This document shows positions 10,092 to 19,557 of a DNA stretch of 64,000 nt, one piece after another. Source of the stretch: an uncultured virus (IMG/VR IMGVR_UViG_3300046692_000581) (taxonomy: Duplodnaviria; Heunggongvirae; Uroviricota; Caudoviricetes). Made by a program: the position numbers and the translations under genes. The notes under the pieces were generated by a model. That model saw nothing but the letters and a program-made list of their open reading frames with translations, was not told where the DNA came from and did not search any database. Location: the IMG/VR virus record IMGVR_UViG_3300046692_000581. One strand, given 5' to 3'. Numbering within the stretch: position 1 is the first letter of the stretch; every line of letters begins with the position of its first letter.

Positions 10092-10277
10092 TTAATCACC
10101 TTGCCAGTTTTTTTTGACCTTTGAAGGGTCAGTGACGGCCATGTAGGCGTTGTAGGCCCTGAAATAATCTGCGTAGAAAGCGCCTGCCTCACTCGATCCT
10201 TTGTTGTCGAGGTAGTCTACTTTTGTCCGGATAAGTTCAGCTTCCAATTGTGCGATGTTTTTTTGTGACATGGTCAA
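10092..10277 (-). CDS. small hypothetical protein
   Basis: 61-aa ORF, AAGGA SD. Confidence 0.55.
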   Translation of the reverse strand: MTMSQKNIAQLEAELIRTKVDYLDNKGSSEAGAFYADYFRAYNAYMAVTDPSKVKKNWQGD

Positions 10278-10360
10278 GTCCTTTGCGTGAATTGCGCAGC
10301 TTAAAGCGCTGATATTTTAACAGAAAGTGTTTTCTGACGGGTGCCTAAGCGCCCTCCTAC

Positions 10361-10591
10361 TCATCGCTTGTAGGCGCCAATGTTCGTCCTCAATTGAAGC
10401 TTTCTTTCCATCCTCTGCCTTGCATAAGCAAACCGCACATTAATCGACCCCAATTGGCATCGGGCATAGCTATCCATCGCGAAGTTTTGTGGTGGAATGG
10501 CGGTGTTATGTTTTTGTGTCCGTCCGTGCGCTGAAAACAAAGATCTGAGGATCGATTTGGAAATGGTTTTGAAGAGCAATTTCATCGGCAA
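10361..10591 (-). CDS. small basic hypothetical protein
   Basis: 76-aa ORF, AAGGA SD. Confidence 0.45.
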   Translation of the reverse strand: MPMKLLFKTISKSILRSLFSAHGRTQKHNTAIPPQNFAMDSYARCQLGSINVRFAYARQRMERKLQLRTNIGAYKR

Positions 10592-10611
10592 TCCTTTGTT
10601 AGTTTTTGAGA

Positions 10612-11040
10612 TTACATGGCGCAGTGGGGTTCATTCACTGGTGTTGAGCCAGAGGTTGGCAGGCCATCAGGGAGGTTTATTGAGCGCAGGGCCATATAAA
10701 GGCAGTGAACGATAAAGCCGTGTTGGCGTCTGGCTTCACTCAGATTTTTAAGTGATGTGTCATTGTAATAACCCGGCAGGTCTTGGAGGTAGCTGTTAAT
10801 AGTTTCAGTTGCATCTTCCTTCATGTTTCTGCTGAATGCAACGAAGCTGCTAAATCGCAAAAGTTCGACCAGACGGGCAACTGAAACTTCCTCGTCGCAT
10901 TCGTGCTCATAAGCGAGAATGTCCATTGCCGCGCTGAGCGCCAGTAGCGGTCTGGCAGTCCAGTCACCCGAATGGTTATCAATGAGATATTGCGCCACTT
11001 TGGCGCTCGTTTCCAGTCGGAATTGTTGAAAGTCTTTCAT
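10612..11040 (-). CDS. hypothetical protein
   Basis: 142-aa ORF, AGGTG SD. Confidence 0.65.
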   Translation of the reverse strand: MKDFQQFRLETSAKVAQYLIDNHSGDWTARPLLALSAAMDILAYEHECDEEVSVARLVELLRFSSFVAFSRNMKEDATETINSYLQDLPGYYNDTSLKNLSEARRQHGFIVHCLYMALRSINLPDGLPTSGSTPVNEPHCAM

Positions 11041-11074
11041 GAATCACCTGTTTTTTATTAATGGAGAGTTGCTG

Positions 11075-11749
11075 TTAAATTCTTTCGCCTTTTTGAATGA
11101 CGGTGCATCCTTGGTTTAGATGGCCCATCAGGCTTTGGGCTGGGTCTTTGTGAACGGTAAATTGAGTGCGTGGCAAGGCAATTGCGTAGTACGCCAAGGC
11201 GTCATCGAATGATGCCCAAACCTCACCCAGCACAAAATGAAAGTCATTGCCCAGGTCGAAAGCGGAAACCGTTTGCGGGCCGCTATTTCGTGCCAGCATT
11301 TGACGGTGTTCATATTCATAGCCGCCGAGACGCTTATAGATTTTCTTGATTCCAGGGTTGCCATAGGAATCCAGGAATTCCGTCTCAATGCGCTTACTGA
11401 TTTCAACGGCGCACTGATAGCTTTGAATGATCAGCTCGGTCGATGGAACATCAATGTAATGATTACTTTCGGCACGATGATTTGAGTCTCGGGCCATGCG
11501 AGAGATGCGGTGACACACTTTCCGTGCGTTGATTACGGGATCAGATGACGCCACTTTAAAGCCGTGTGGGTGCATAGGATCAACCCAGTCAGTCTTTATA
11601 AAATGTGTCGAAAGATAAATCCCGCCTTGCCAAAGGTGTGGGCTTTGATTGCTGTAATCGATGTTTTTCGGGCGGATATTAATACCCAGCACCGTGTGCG
11701 AATCATCAAATCTGCGGTAAAACCCGTACTCAAATTGCTCATTCAGCAT
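11075..11749 (-). CDS. hypothetical protein
   Basis: 224-aa ORF in co-directional run. Confidence 0.7.
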   Translation of the reverse strand: MLNEQFEYGFYRRFDDSHTVLGINIRPKNIDYSNQSPHLWQGGIYLSTHFIKTDWVDPMHPHGFKVASSDPVINARKVCHRISRMARDSNHRAESNHYIDVPSTELIIQSYQCAVEISKRIETEFLDSYGNPGIKKIYKRLGGYEYEHRQMLARNSGPQTVSAFDLGNDFHFVLGEVWASFDDALAYYAIALPRTQFTVHKDPAQSLMGHLNQGCTVIQKGERI

Positions 11750-11775
11750 GTTTTGCTACTCAGCTATGCGTGACT

Positions 11776-12267
11776 TCAGATGTCAAAAGTAACCTTGTGT
11801 GCCGTGATGCGCAGCACTTGGTTGATGGCAAATTTTCTCATGGCCTCGACCGGCTCTGCCAAGATCATTTGGTCAATCAACGCCTTCACTTCCCTGTTGG
11901 TGTTCAGCATATACGTGATGGACGGGTATATGGCGTGAGTCAGGTAAGTCTCGGGTGACTGAATGCCTTTCTCGGACAGTGAGTCCAGGTGGTGGTGGAC
12001 TACGAGGATGAGGCGGCTGTCCTGCTTTTTCCCGATCTGAATTTCAATTTTCTTCTCGGGCAGCTTGAAGGAAATTTTGTTCTCACTGTTTTTCCAGTTC
12101 TTCGCAATCATGGTGCTGATGCGTTTGTAGCTCAGCGCGATCTTCATGCCTGCTGTGACGGGGTTGATTGGTTCGGCATTCAACAGCCCAGCTTCGGCCA
12201 TTAGCAGTTTGATCAGCAGATCATGCGTGTTGGTAGCGTTATCCAATGGATGGAGGGAAGCGATCAT
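11776..12267 (-). CDS. hypothetical protein
   Basis: 163-aa ORF, ATGA overlap with upstream gene. Confidence 0.7.
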   Translation of the reverse strand: MIASLHPLDNATNTHDLLIKLLMAEAGLLNAEPINPVTAGMKIALSYKRISTMIAKNWKNSENKISFKLPEKKIEIQIGKKQDSRLILVVHHHLDSLSEKGIQSPETYLTHAIYPSITYMLNTNREVKALIDQMILAEPVEAMRKFAINQVLRITAHKVTFDI

Positions 12268-12743
12268 GCCAGCTCTCCATCCAGAACGATTCGTTTGAGT
12301 TCATGCAACTCGGCGAGGGTTTTTTGCCAATCGTACGTGAAGGTGATGATTTTCCCTGGAAAATGGTCGGCGTTTGCCCACTCGGGGTGATCATCAACCA
12401 GAATGTCGCGTTCAGTGCCGACACAGCCCTTGTCTGACGAAATAATCACCCGGCCATGCAGGCTCGGGAAATCACGCTTGATCGAGAGCAGCTTCTCAGA
12501 GGCTGCATATGGATTTGAATCTGGAGCCTTGGTCAGCACAAAGACTTCAAAGCCCATCGCCCAGATCTCTTTGACGGCTTCTACAGCGCCATCCATAAGG
12601 GGGAGTTCGATGTAGGCACCAGCCATTCGCTTGAGGTGACCGATATCGGTATCGTAGTTCTTGGCGCCCTGCTCGAAATTGTAGAGTGGACCATCTTGAT
12701 CCAGGTAAACGCGAGGGGTCTTGGGATAGTGTCTTACGCCCAT
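12264..12743 (-). CDS. HAD-family 5'(3')-deoxyribonucleotidase (NT5C-like)
   Basis: VYLDQDG, VLTKAP, ILVDDH motifs; AAGGAG SD before ATG 12743. Confidence 0.85.
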   Translation of the reverse strand: MGVRHYPKTPRVYLDQDGPLYNFEQGAKNYDTDIGHLKRMAGAYIELPLMDGAVEAVKEIWAMGFEVFVLTKAPDSNPYAASEKLLSIKRDFPSLHGRVIISSDKGCVGTERDILVDDHPEWANADHFPGKIITFTYDWQKTLAELHELKRIVLDGELA

Positions 12744-12805
12744 ATTAATTCTCCTTAAATATATGGCGACTATAGCTATATATTTAAAATATTGAAAGAT
12801 GTAAA

Positions 12806-12837
12806 AAGAAAAACCGGCCATAAGGCCGGTTTTTCTT
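12806..12837. terminator. intrinsic terminator
   Basis: perfect 14-bp stem aagaaaaaccggcc-ataa-ggccggtttttctt. Confidence 0.85.
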
Positions 12838-12846
12838 GAGATAAAA

Positions 12847-13509
12847 TCAATTCTTATTTCCAGATGTGATCGAAAGCACTCGGACAAACAGGTTGATGAT
12901 GTCCAGGTATAGAGAGCCCGCGCTGTCAATGGCGTTATCAACCGTGCGCTCAATGCTGTTTGCACGACCCCAATCGACACCGATATAGCCGCAGAAAATG
13001 GCTGCAACGATCCAGTCCATAATGCCCAGTTTCACCTTGAAGATCAGGGATTGCACAAGCTCAACAATGATGGCGATCAAAAGGGCCCAGAACAGAGCGC
13101 CCTCAATACGTCGGAAGAATGCCGGGAAAAGAGTGCCTAGCGCCATCATGCCCACGGTAAGCATGGCAGTGGTCTGCACGGCAGCAACAATGTTAGCGTG
13201 TGAGTGACCAGGAATGAACATCACCAGCACCAAGCCGATGGGCACAACAATGAGGTTGTAGCCAATGAAGCTGACAATGGGTTTCTTGGAGCCATGCATC
13301 AGGAATATGCCCGCGAACGCACTGATGAGATAGCCGATAAAAAAGACGATGGGGTTGATTGCCTTAACCGTGGCAAGGGGAACGGTCGTGACCATCCACC
13401 AGTTCAGCGCAAAGCCCCAAAGCAGCACGGCACCGAGAATCAGGTTGTAGGTGTTGGCACTGACCTGATGGTTACTGCCAATTCGACTGAACGTATCATT
13501 CTTAAACAT
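12847..13509 (-). CDS. Bax inhibitor-1/YccA-family membrane protein
   Basis: ~7 TM segments, C-terminal LYLDIINLF motif. Confidence 0.88.
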   Translation of the reverse strand: MFKNDTFSRIGSNHQVSANTYNLILGAVLLWGFALNWWMVTTVPLATVKAINPIVFFIGYLISAFAGIFLMHGSKKPIVSFIGYNLIVVPIGLVLVMFIPGHSHANIVAAVQTTAMLTVGMMALGTLFPAFFRRIEGALFWALLIAIIVELVQSLIFKVKLGIMDWIVAAIFCGYIGVDWGRANSIERTVDNAIDSAGSLYLDIINLFVRVLSITSGNKN

Positions 13510-13581
13510 GGGTATTCCTTGAAATTAATGGTTTAAAGCACTGTTTTAGCGACTGATCGATCTAGTTGAAGATGCGCATCC

Positions 13582-14019
13582 TCATTGCCATGTCACGGTT
13601 GGTGTAAGGCCGGAGTCATCAAACATCAAGACGTTTGGTGCGATACTTCCTGACTTGATCATGTCATCTACTTTTTTGGCGGCAGCCGTCGCCAAAATCA
13701 GGGCGTTTTGTGCATATTTGATTTGATTGGTTTTTCGCATCAAATACGATGTTAGCGCTGCCTGAATGTCTGGGTGGCAATAGCTTCGCCGTGAATTCTT
13801 GAAGACGCGTTTGCGGTTGCTGATGACCACGGCTTTTGACTCTTCGTCATCCCTGCCTACGTGATGGGCAAAAAAGTCAGGAACCACCCAGTAGCACTGA
13901 GGAGTTTCTGATGATACGACAAAACGATCACGGACAATTTCAAAGCCTTCCACGCCGTATCGTTCGGTGTATCTATAATGATCGGGACCAATCGATGTCA
14001 TCGGGTAATTCTCAGTCAT
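13582..14019 (-). CDS. hypothetical protein
   Basis: 145-aa ORF in co-directional run. Confidence 0.65.
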   Translation of the reverse strand: MTENYPMTSIGPDHYRYTERYGVEGFEIVRDRFVVSSETPQCYWVVPDFFAHHVGRDDEESKAVVISNRKRVFKNSRRSYCHPDIQAALTSYLMRKTNQIKYAQNALILATAAAKKVDDMIKSGSIAPNVLMFDDSGLTPTVTWQ

Positions 14020-14049
14020 TCAATAACAGGGATAATATACCACAATCAA

Positions 14050-14352
14050 TTAGTAGACGCGAACAGTCTCGGAATCGCGGTCGTGGCGATCAGGGTCAAC
14101 CCAGATACCGCGCTGGCGCTCCACGTTCTTCATTTTGTAGCCCCATTCATCCGAGAAATAATCGCGGACTTCATGAGGCGGTGCCGAAGGCGTTCCGGTG
14201 TATTCTTCAATCAAACGCTGGGCGTCAGTGCGTGAATGTGCGCAAATGTAGATTCTGGCCTTTTCCGGGCCGGTCTTTTCCCAAATGGGATCGTTGGAGC
14301 TTTGAACGTGATTGGCGCGACCAGCAAAAACCGACAGTTTACGAGTATTCAT
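14050..14352 (-). CDS. hypothetical protein
   Basis: 100-aa ORF in co-directional run. Confidence 0.6.
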   Translation of the reverse strand: MNTRKLSVFAGRANHVQSSNDPIWEKTGPEKARIYICAHSRTDAQRLIEEYTGTPSAPPHEVRDYFSDEWGYKMKNVERQRGIWVDPDRHDRDSETVRVY

Positions 14353-14406
14353 GAGATATTCTTCGAATGGCTGTGGCCTTGTCTCATCCTGAGTAAGGCC
14401 AGCAGA

Positions 14407-14646
14407 TTAGCTCTTTTTGAGCAATTCCAACTCTTCTTTGAGCTGGTCGATTTCAAGCTGCTTATCCTCGGAGCCCTTCTTCAATCCGGCGTCGTAAGCC
14501 GCACTGGCGAGCATCCACTTATCCTCTACCAGGACATTTTGCCGACCTTTCTCAAGGCCACAAAACCAAGTGTTCACATCACTCATCAGATAAATCCTGT
14601 CACTGGAGAATGTGTGCAGATTAGCAAAACATGATAAATATGTCAA
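14407..14646 (-). CDS. small hypothetical protein, coiled-coil end
   Basis: short ORF; start uncertain. Confidence 0.45.
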   Translation of the reverse strand: MTYLSCFANLHTFSSDRIYLMSDVNTWFCGLEKGRQNVLVEDKWMLASAAYDAGLKKGSEDKQLEIDQLKEELELLKKS

Positions 14647-14732
14647 TCACAAAATCATTTTTACAAGTGTTATTTTCATTATTTAAACAAGAAATGAACG
14701 AAACTGTTGTTTTGTCTGTGTGTAATCAGCCT

Positions 14733-15140
14733 CTAGCGAAACTTCCGCACGTACGAAAGGCATGCCTGTATGGCTTCTTCTTCGGTGTCAGCGTGCCACC
14801 AGCCGTAATGAGATTTGATTTGGGCTCTCCATCCCCAATAGCTGGGGTGGCTCCAATGAATGCCATAGCCCACCCGAATATTCTGATGCGGAACTTCATA
14901 ATGAGTATTGGCAGCTTGTAATACTTCACTATGCCCGCAGCTATGGCATTTCAGGCAGTCTGTGAGCCGAATGGGCCAGTGCCCTTCATACGTGATGCCG
15001 CGTGGAGCGCCGATCAACGCAGCGCCGAGAGACATTTCATTGAAGCACTTAGGGCAAATGTCCAAGGATTCGCTTTCAGGCAATTGGGGCTGTCTGCCAT
15101 TATCTGAAGAATTATCTGGGGCCAAAACGAAATAAATCAT
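14733..15140 (-). CDS. zinc-finger hypothetical protein
   Basis: CPKC...CHSC; ATGA overlap with upstream gene. Confidence 0.65.
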   Translation of the reverse strand: MIYFVLAPDNSSDNGRQPQLPESESLDICPKCFNEMSLGAALIGAPRGITYEGHWPIRLTDCLKCHSCGHSEVLQAANTHYEVPHQNIRVGYGIHWSHPSYWGWRAQIKSHYGWWHADTEEEAIQACLSYVRKFR

Positions 15141-15787
15141 GAGGGTCTCTTGGTGATTTGCCAGGTTTTTTCAATGTCATCTGGTGAAAGTCGTTTCAAG
15201 ACTGGTGCGGGTTTGTCGCCATTGAGTCGGCTTTTATTCACGACATCCAGCATGTTGCTGACTTTTTCGATCAGGTAGGCTGGATACGCGTTGTCATAGG
15301 CAGACTCAAACGTTTTCTTTGGCGCGCTGACGGTCCAGGAGTTATTGGATTTATCGCCGACGACATTTTTAACCAGGGTAAATTTTGCCAGCGAATGGTT
15401 ATAGACGCAATTATTGTCTACGGTGCTGAAGGAATAGCGGATGCCCTCGTTGGATACAATAACCCCGTCCTCAATCCCATAACGGGTGCGACGATTGGAA
15501 TACTGCCAGCACTCGAAATATACCTTTTTCACATCTGAAAAGGTCAATACGTTTTTTTCAGCACTGTTAACCGCTGTATTTTGAATCAACGAACTGACTT
15601 CTTGACTGAGCTTTTCATTGCTGACGAACGAATTTGCCATGCCATAGCGATCAGCCCAGTTGTTTGGATTGGCGGGGTCTTTATCATGAACGGTTGAACC
15701 GCATTTCACAGCGATAAGCAACACGGCGGTGCAGGCTATAAATGCGATCACCGGGTAAGGGATTATGGGTTTTTCGGGGCGAATCAT
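15137..15787 (-). CDS. membrane-anchored paralogue 1 of 4
   Basis: N-terminal TM; WxVSAP..F.SAY...YP.Y shared with next gene; ends EKTWQ. Confidence 0.75.
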   Translation of the reverse strand: MIRPEKPIIPYPVIAFIACTAVLLIAVKCGSTVHDKDPANPNNWADRYGMANSFVSNEKLSQEVSSLIQNTAVNSAEKNVLTFSDVKKVYFECWQYSNRRTRYGIEDGVIVSNEGIRYSFSTVDNNCVYNHSLAKFTLVKNVVGDKSNNSWTVSAPKKTFESAYDNAYPAYLIEKVSNMLDVVNKSRLNGDKPAPVLKRLSPDDIEKTWQITKRPS

Positions 15788-15816
15788 AAAATTTCCTTTT
15801 ATTCAAAGCATGGCTG

Positions 15817-16389
15817 TTAGCGGTACGATTTTGTTTCTTGATTCACGACATCTACAAGCAATTGTAAATGATCAACGACATACTTTGGATACACCGCGTT
15901 ATATGCGGATGGAAATTGATCTCCCGGCGCGCTGACAAGCCAAAATTGCGATTTCAACTTTTCGGGTTCGCTGTTATCAATGTCGAGTTTTACTAGAACG
16001 TCATTGAAATAACGGTAATCGCAATGAAATCCGGTTTCGACAGTATGTTTGAGCCCATTGACAGTAATGAGTACCCCTGTAAGGAGTTTTTCGCCATATT
16101 TGGAGACGCACTTGATGTCGGCGCTCTTCAGCTGATTGAGTCTCAAGTCATTTGGTCGCTTAAGATCATAGTCAGTCAGTGTTTTGGCAAAGATGGCTTT
16201 TGTGACTTCAACGCTCATTTCTCTGTCGAGCAAATAACGGTCGGGCAGTTTATAGCCGAAGGGGTTGGTTACTAAAGCAATGAATAAGCCAAACATAATC
16301 AGCACGATCAGCACAAGAATCTCTGCCCCTCCACCTCCGGCGTCCGTTCGAGGTGCTTTGGAACCATGACTTTTTTGATAATTATTCAT
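15817..16389 (-). CDS. membrane-anchored paralogue 2 of 4
   Basis: N-terminal TM; WLVSAPGDQFPSAYNAVYPKY. Confidence 0.75.
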   Translation of the reverse strand: MNNYQKSHGSKAPRTDAGGGGAEILVLIVLIMFGLFIALVTNPFGYKLPDRYLLDREMSVEVTKAIFAKTLTDYDLKRPNDLRLNQLKSADIKCVSKYGEKLLTGVLITVNGLKHTVETGFHCDYRYFNDVLVKLDIDNSEPEKLKSQFWLVSAPGDQFPSAYNAVYPKYVVDHLQLLVDVVNQETKSYR

Positions 16390-16432
16390 CTATATACCTT
16401 GTTGTAAGTATTTTATTGTCGTCGGCAATGAG

Positions 16433-16996
16433 TTAATTCTTTACCTGCCACGTTTTTTCGGTCTCTGCGATATCAACTTCCTTCGGAATAGACATCAGTA
16501 CTGCATGCAGGCCGTCAAGAAAGTTAGAGACGGTTTCTGGTGTGTACGCAGTGTGAGTTTCACGACCATTTGTATATGCCTTAATACTGTGATCATCTTG
16601 ATGTTTAACGAGTGTTATTTCTGAAAATGGTGAAAAAACGTCATAGTATGTCCTAAAGCTTTTGGTCTGATTGTCATCCGTGAGGAACGTGAGGGTGCAA
16701 TGCCTTAGAAAGCAATTAATATTTATTTGTTGCATTTCTGTGAGTTTATCGTCACGCGAAGCGATTTTGTCCATCTCACCATTTTGGAGTTTTTTAGTCA
16801 GCTCCTGACTCATAAGTTTGTTTTCATTCAGCACGAGTCTTGGAGTGTTAAAGCCGTCAATGACGTAGGCTAAGTACATTACGCCTACTACTAAGAGTAC
16901 CATCGCACCGATGAGCAATCTTTCGCATAAGCTTAGGAAAGGCCCTGATTGACGAGTAGGCGTGTCGTTGAGATTGCTCATTTTTTGTCTTCCCAA
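16433..16996 (-). CDS. membrane-anchored paralogue 3 of 4
   Basis: N-terminal TM; LTDDN, PF..IT..K, AYTxG shared with next gene; ends EKTWQ. Confidence 0.75.
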   Translation of the reverse strand: MGRQKMSNLNDTPTRQSGPFLSLCERLLIGAMVLLVVGVMYLAYVIDGFNTPRLVLNENKLMSQELTKKLQNGEMDKIASRDDKLTEMQQININCFLRHCTLTFLTDDNQTKSFRTYYDVFSPFSEITLVKHQDDHSIKAYTNGRETHTAYTPETVSNFLDGLHAVLMSIPKEVDIAETEKTWQVKN

Positions 16997-17544
16997 GAGA
17001 GTTTTCGTTCGACCTCATCGGTCATGGCTTCCAAGCCATTATTCATGGCCTTCAAGAGGTCTTGCATAATATATTCAGAGAAGGTGTTCTCTTTCTCCTT
17101 GCCATCGGTGTAAGCCGTGAGCACGGCACCGTCATCACTTTTTATAATTGTGATGATGTTAAATGGACGGAGTCGATAACACTCTACTTGCATGCTATTT
17201 CTGTAGTTGTCGTCGGTCAGAAGCTCCATCTTTCCAAAATAGCTGCTGCAATCAAAACTTATTTTCTTGATCTTGCTCAGTTGGAAAAGCCCACTTTCTG
17301 CTTGTGGCAATGTATTTTCGCGAAACTGCTTGGTCAAGCTTCGACTAATCACCGGATTTTCTTTCAACAAAATTGTTGGGTTATTAAAGGGCGTCAGAAC
17401 AAAGCCATAAATATAAAGTTTCAGGCCGAACAACAGCACGGCAAGAATGATACCTATCGGAATAAGCATTTCTATGGAAGGAAGTAAGCGCGCAATTGAT
17501 TTTCGGGTCATAGGAATACCATGCTTGGATGTTTTATCGTTCAT
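16978..17544 (-). CDS. membrane-anchored paralogue 4 of 4
   Basis: N-terminal TM; LLTDDN, RPFNIITIIK, AYTDGKE; start 17544 or 17511. Confidence 0.72.
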   Translation of the reverse strand: MNDKTSKHGIPMTRKSIARLLPSIEMLIPIGIILAVLLFGLKLYIYGFVLTPFNNPTILLKENPVISRSLTKQFRENTLPQAESGLFQLSKIKKISFDCSSYFGKMELLTDDNYRNSMQVECYRLRPFNIITIIKSDDGAVLTAYTDGKEKENTFSEYIMQDLLKAMNNGLEAMTDEVERKLSWEDKK

Positions 17545-17584
17545 TGCAGTGATCGGCGGTGAGGCGAATGGTTGTGAGGCATTC

Positions 17585-18010
17585 TTAATCGTAATTAACC
17601 GTGACACGCATTCGAGGCTGATCAGCGTCAAGCGCCAGTCCAATGAGCCAGGAAAGATTGCTGAGGGAATGCATACGAATAAGATCAAGCTGCACAGGAG
17701 CGCAAGTCACGACTTCATCGGTCATAGTCTTGGCATTGAAAATGTCATCAGAGCGCATGCAATAGGCATGAACGACAAAATGAGGGTTGTCGAGGACAGT
17801 GATAAAGGACCACTGGGCAGCTTCGGTGCGAAGCCCGGTCTCTTCTTCAAATTCACGGATCATGCAATTGATGGGTAATTCGCCGGGTTCGACTTTACCG
17901 CCAATGCCATTCCATTTACCGGCCTGCCATGCAGGTCTATTTTTGGTGATGAGGAGGATATTTTCTTGTTTGCTATCAAAAGCAAATCCTAATGCGTAGA
18001 CCTGAGTCAT
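17585..18010 (-). CDS. Nudix hydrolase
   Basis: GGKVEPGELPINCMIREFEEETG Nudix box. Confidence 0.92.
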   Translation of the reverse strand: MTQVYALGFAFDSKQENILLITKNRPAWQAGKWNGIGGKVEPGELPINCMIREFEEETGLRTEAAQWSFITVLDNPHFVVHAYCMRSDDIFNAKTMTDEVVTCAPVQLDLIRMHSLSNLSWLIGLALDADQPRMRVTVNYD

Positions 18011-18160
18011 AAATGAGTCCGAATAAATTTTTCTGTCGACAATCTATATAATATCAATAGAAGTGTCAAATTCGAAAAATTACATGGGGACTCATTTTAC
18101 CTGTGGATTGGCTTTAGCGAGGTAATTCGATCACAAGTGATCGAGAGGGTGGCCAGCGCT

Positions 18161-18772
18161 TTACTGGTCGCCCCCATCGAGCACGCTTTGTGGATTGACC
18201 AACTCCCAAGGCATCAGCACAAGGTCTACATCGATCATGGAGCCTCGCATAGCGCCAGTTCTGCCTGGAACAGTGCGAATTTCCCCCTCTTCAACGACCA
18301 TCGCCATGAAGTACCCCTTCCATCGCGTTGGTCGCATCCATAGCTGTGATTTGGTCAGCGCCGCCATTGCCACGATGTCATTCATGGTGCCTTGGTGGGA
18401 AAAGTCCTCAAATCGTTCTTGTCGAAAAAAATTGGCATTCATTTGCTGTACGGCCACATCAGTATGTGCGCATGCGCTCACCCACTGCGCTTCATCGAGC
18501 GATGGCGCGAAACCAATTTTTACGAGCCTCTCGTTTTTTGCCAGGGCAATCAGCAATGCTTGAAAGGTTGCGTGGCTGTGAAGATCGCTCGCCAAGATTT
18601 TCGGGCTATTAACGGCGTACATCAGAACCTCACCGGCCTTCATCAGTGGGCAGGAAATGTTTGGCCCCAATGGCTCGGCAGCGAACCAGCCATTTTTGAG
18701 ATCATGAAAACGGACGGTTTCGGTATTTTTGATGTCGGTGTGACTGTCGGTCATGAGGGGGCTCGTTAGCAT
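18161..18772 (-). CDS. hypothetical protein
   Basis: 203-aa ORF below TTGACA-N17-TATACT promoter (18788-18816). Confidence 0.65.
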   Translation of the reverse strand: MLTSPLMTDSHTDIKNTETVRFHDLKNGWFAAEPLGPNISCPLMKAGEVLMYAVNSPKILASDLHSHATFQALLIALAKNERLVKIGFAPSLDEAQWVSACAHTDVAVQQMNANFFRQERFEDFSHQGTMNDIVAMAALTKSQLWMRPTRWKGYFMAMVVEEGEIRTVPGRTGAMRGSMIDVDLVLMPWELVNPQSVLDGGDQ

Positions 18773-18905
18773 TTTTAGTAGTGGGATAGTATAGGTTCTT
18801 TATTCTTTTGTGTCAATAGCATAATCATTTCTTTGCGTTGACATACCTTGTTCCGATATATAATATTTGGCAAATACACAAAACATTAACAAAGGATAAT
18901 AAAAG

Positions 18906-19511
18906 ATGAAGCTTTCTTATCTGGCCGTGGCGGTCGCTGCTGCAATTTCGTTAGCCGGTTGTGATGATTCTCCCTCCCCTGAGGAGGAGCAAGCGTACGT
19001 CGACCAACAAGCGCAAATGGCAGTTCGTGCGCAACTCGCGACGGACGAAAAGGAGCTGAAAACAGCTGTTGAGGACATGAAGAGGAGTGACCCAAGTATC
19101 AAAGATGCGTATTACGGTGTGGATTCCAACAATCAGAAGGAATTGCATGTGGTCCATCAGAGTGCCGAAGGCACCAGCGGATTCTCGGAAATGGTCTGGC
19201 CAATGGTGGGTGGCATGGCGGTAGGCGCCATAGCGGCTAACATGATGAGTTCTGGTGGTGGATTGAAAGGCTATGCGGCCTCCCACCCTCCCCGTTCCTA
19301 CGCGTCGTATGACGAAGAAGAGCGTAAGCGTCGTCGCAACGTTGGATCTTCGGGTTACACGGGCATGCTGATGAGCAGTTCTCGTGGAAATATTTATCGC
19401 TCGCCTAACTTCCAATCGTCGATGCGTGAGTCGGTGATCACTACGCGCAGCACGGGTGGTTTCCGTGGGGTAACTTCGGCACGGGGCGGTGGCTACAGCT
19501 TTGGCGGTTAA
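18906..19511 (+). CDS. YgiB/DUF1190-like lipoprotein
   Basis: Lipobox LAGC, Gly/Ser/Arg-rich tail (RGGGYSFGG), upstream of GSP synthase. Confidence 0.7.
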   Translation: MKLSYLAVAVAAAISLAGCDDSPSPEEEQAYVDQQAQMAVRAQLATDEKELKTAVEDMKRSDPSIKDAYYGVDSNNQKELHVVHQSAEGTSGFSEMVWPMVGGMAVGAIAANMMSSGGGLKGYAASHPPRSYASYDEEERKRRRNVGSSGYTGMLMSSSRGNIYRSPNFQSSMRESVITTRSTGGFRGVTSARGGGYSFGG

Positions 19512-19557
19512 TTTGATCGTGTGTGGGTAATTTTGAAGTCACTTTTTTCATTTCAAT

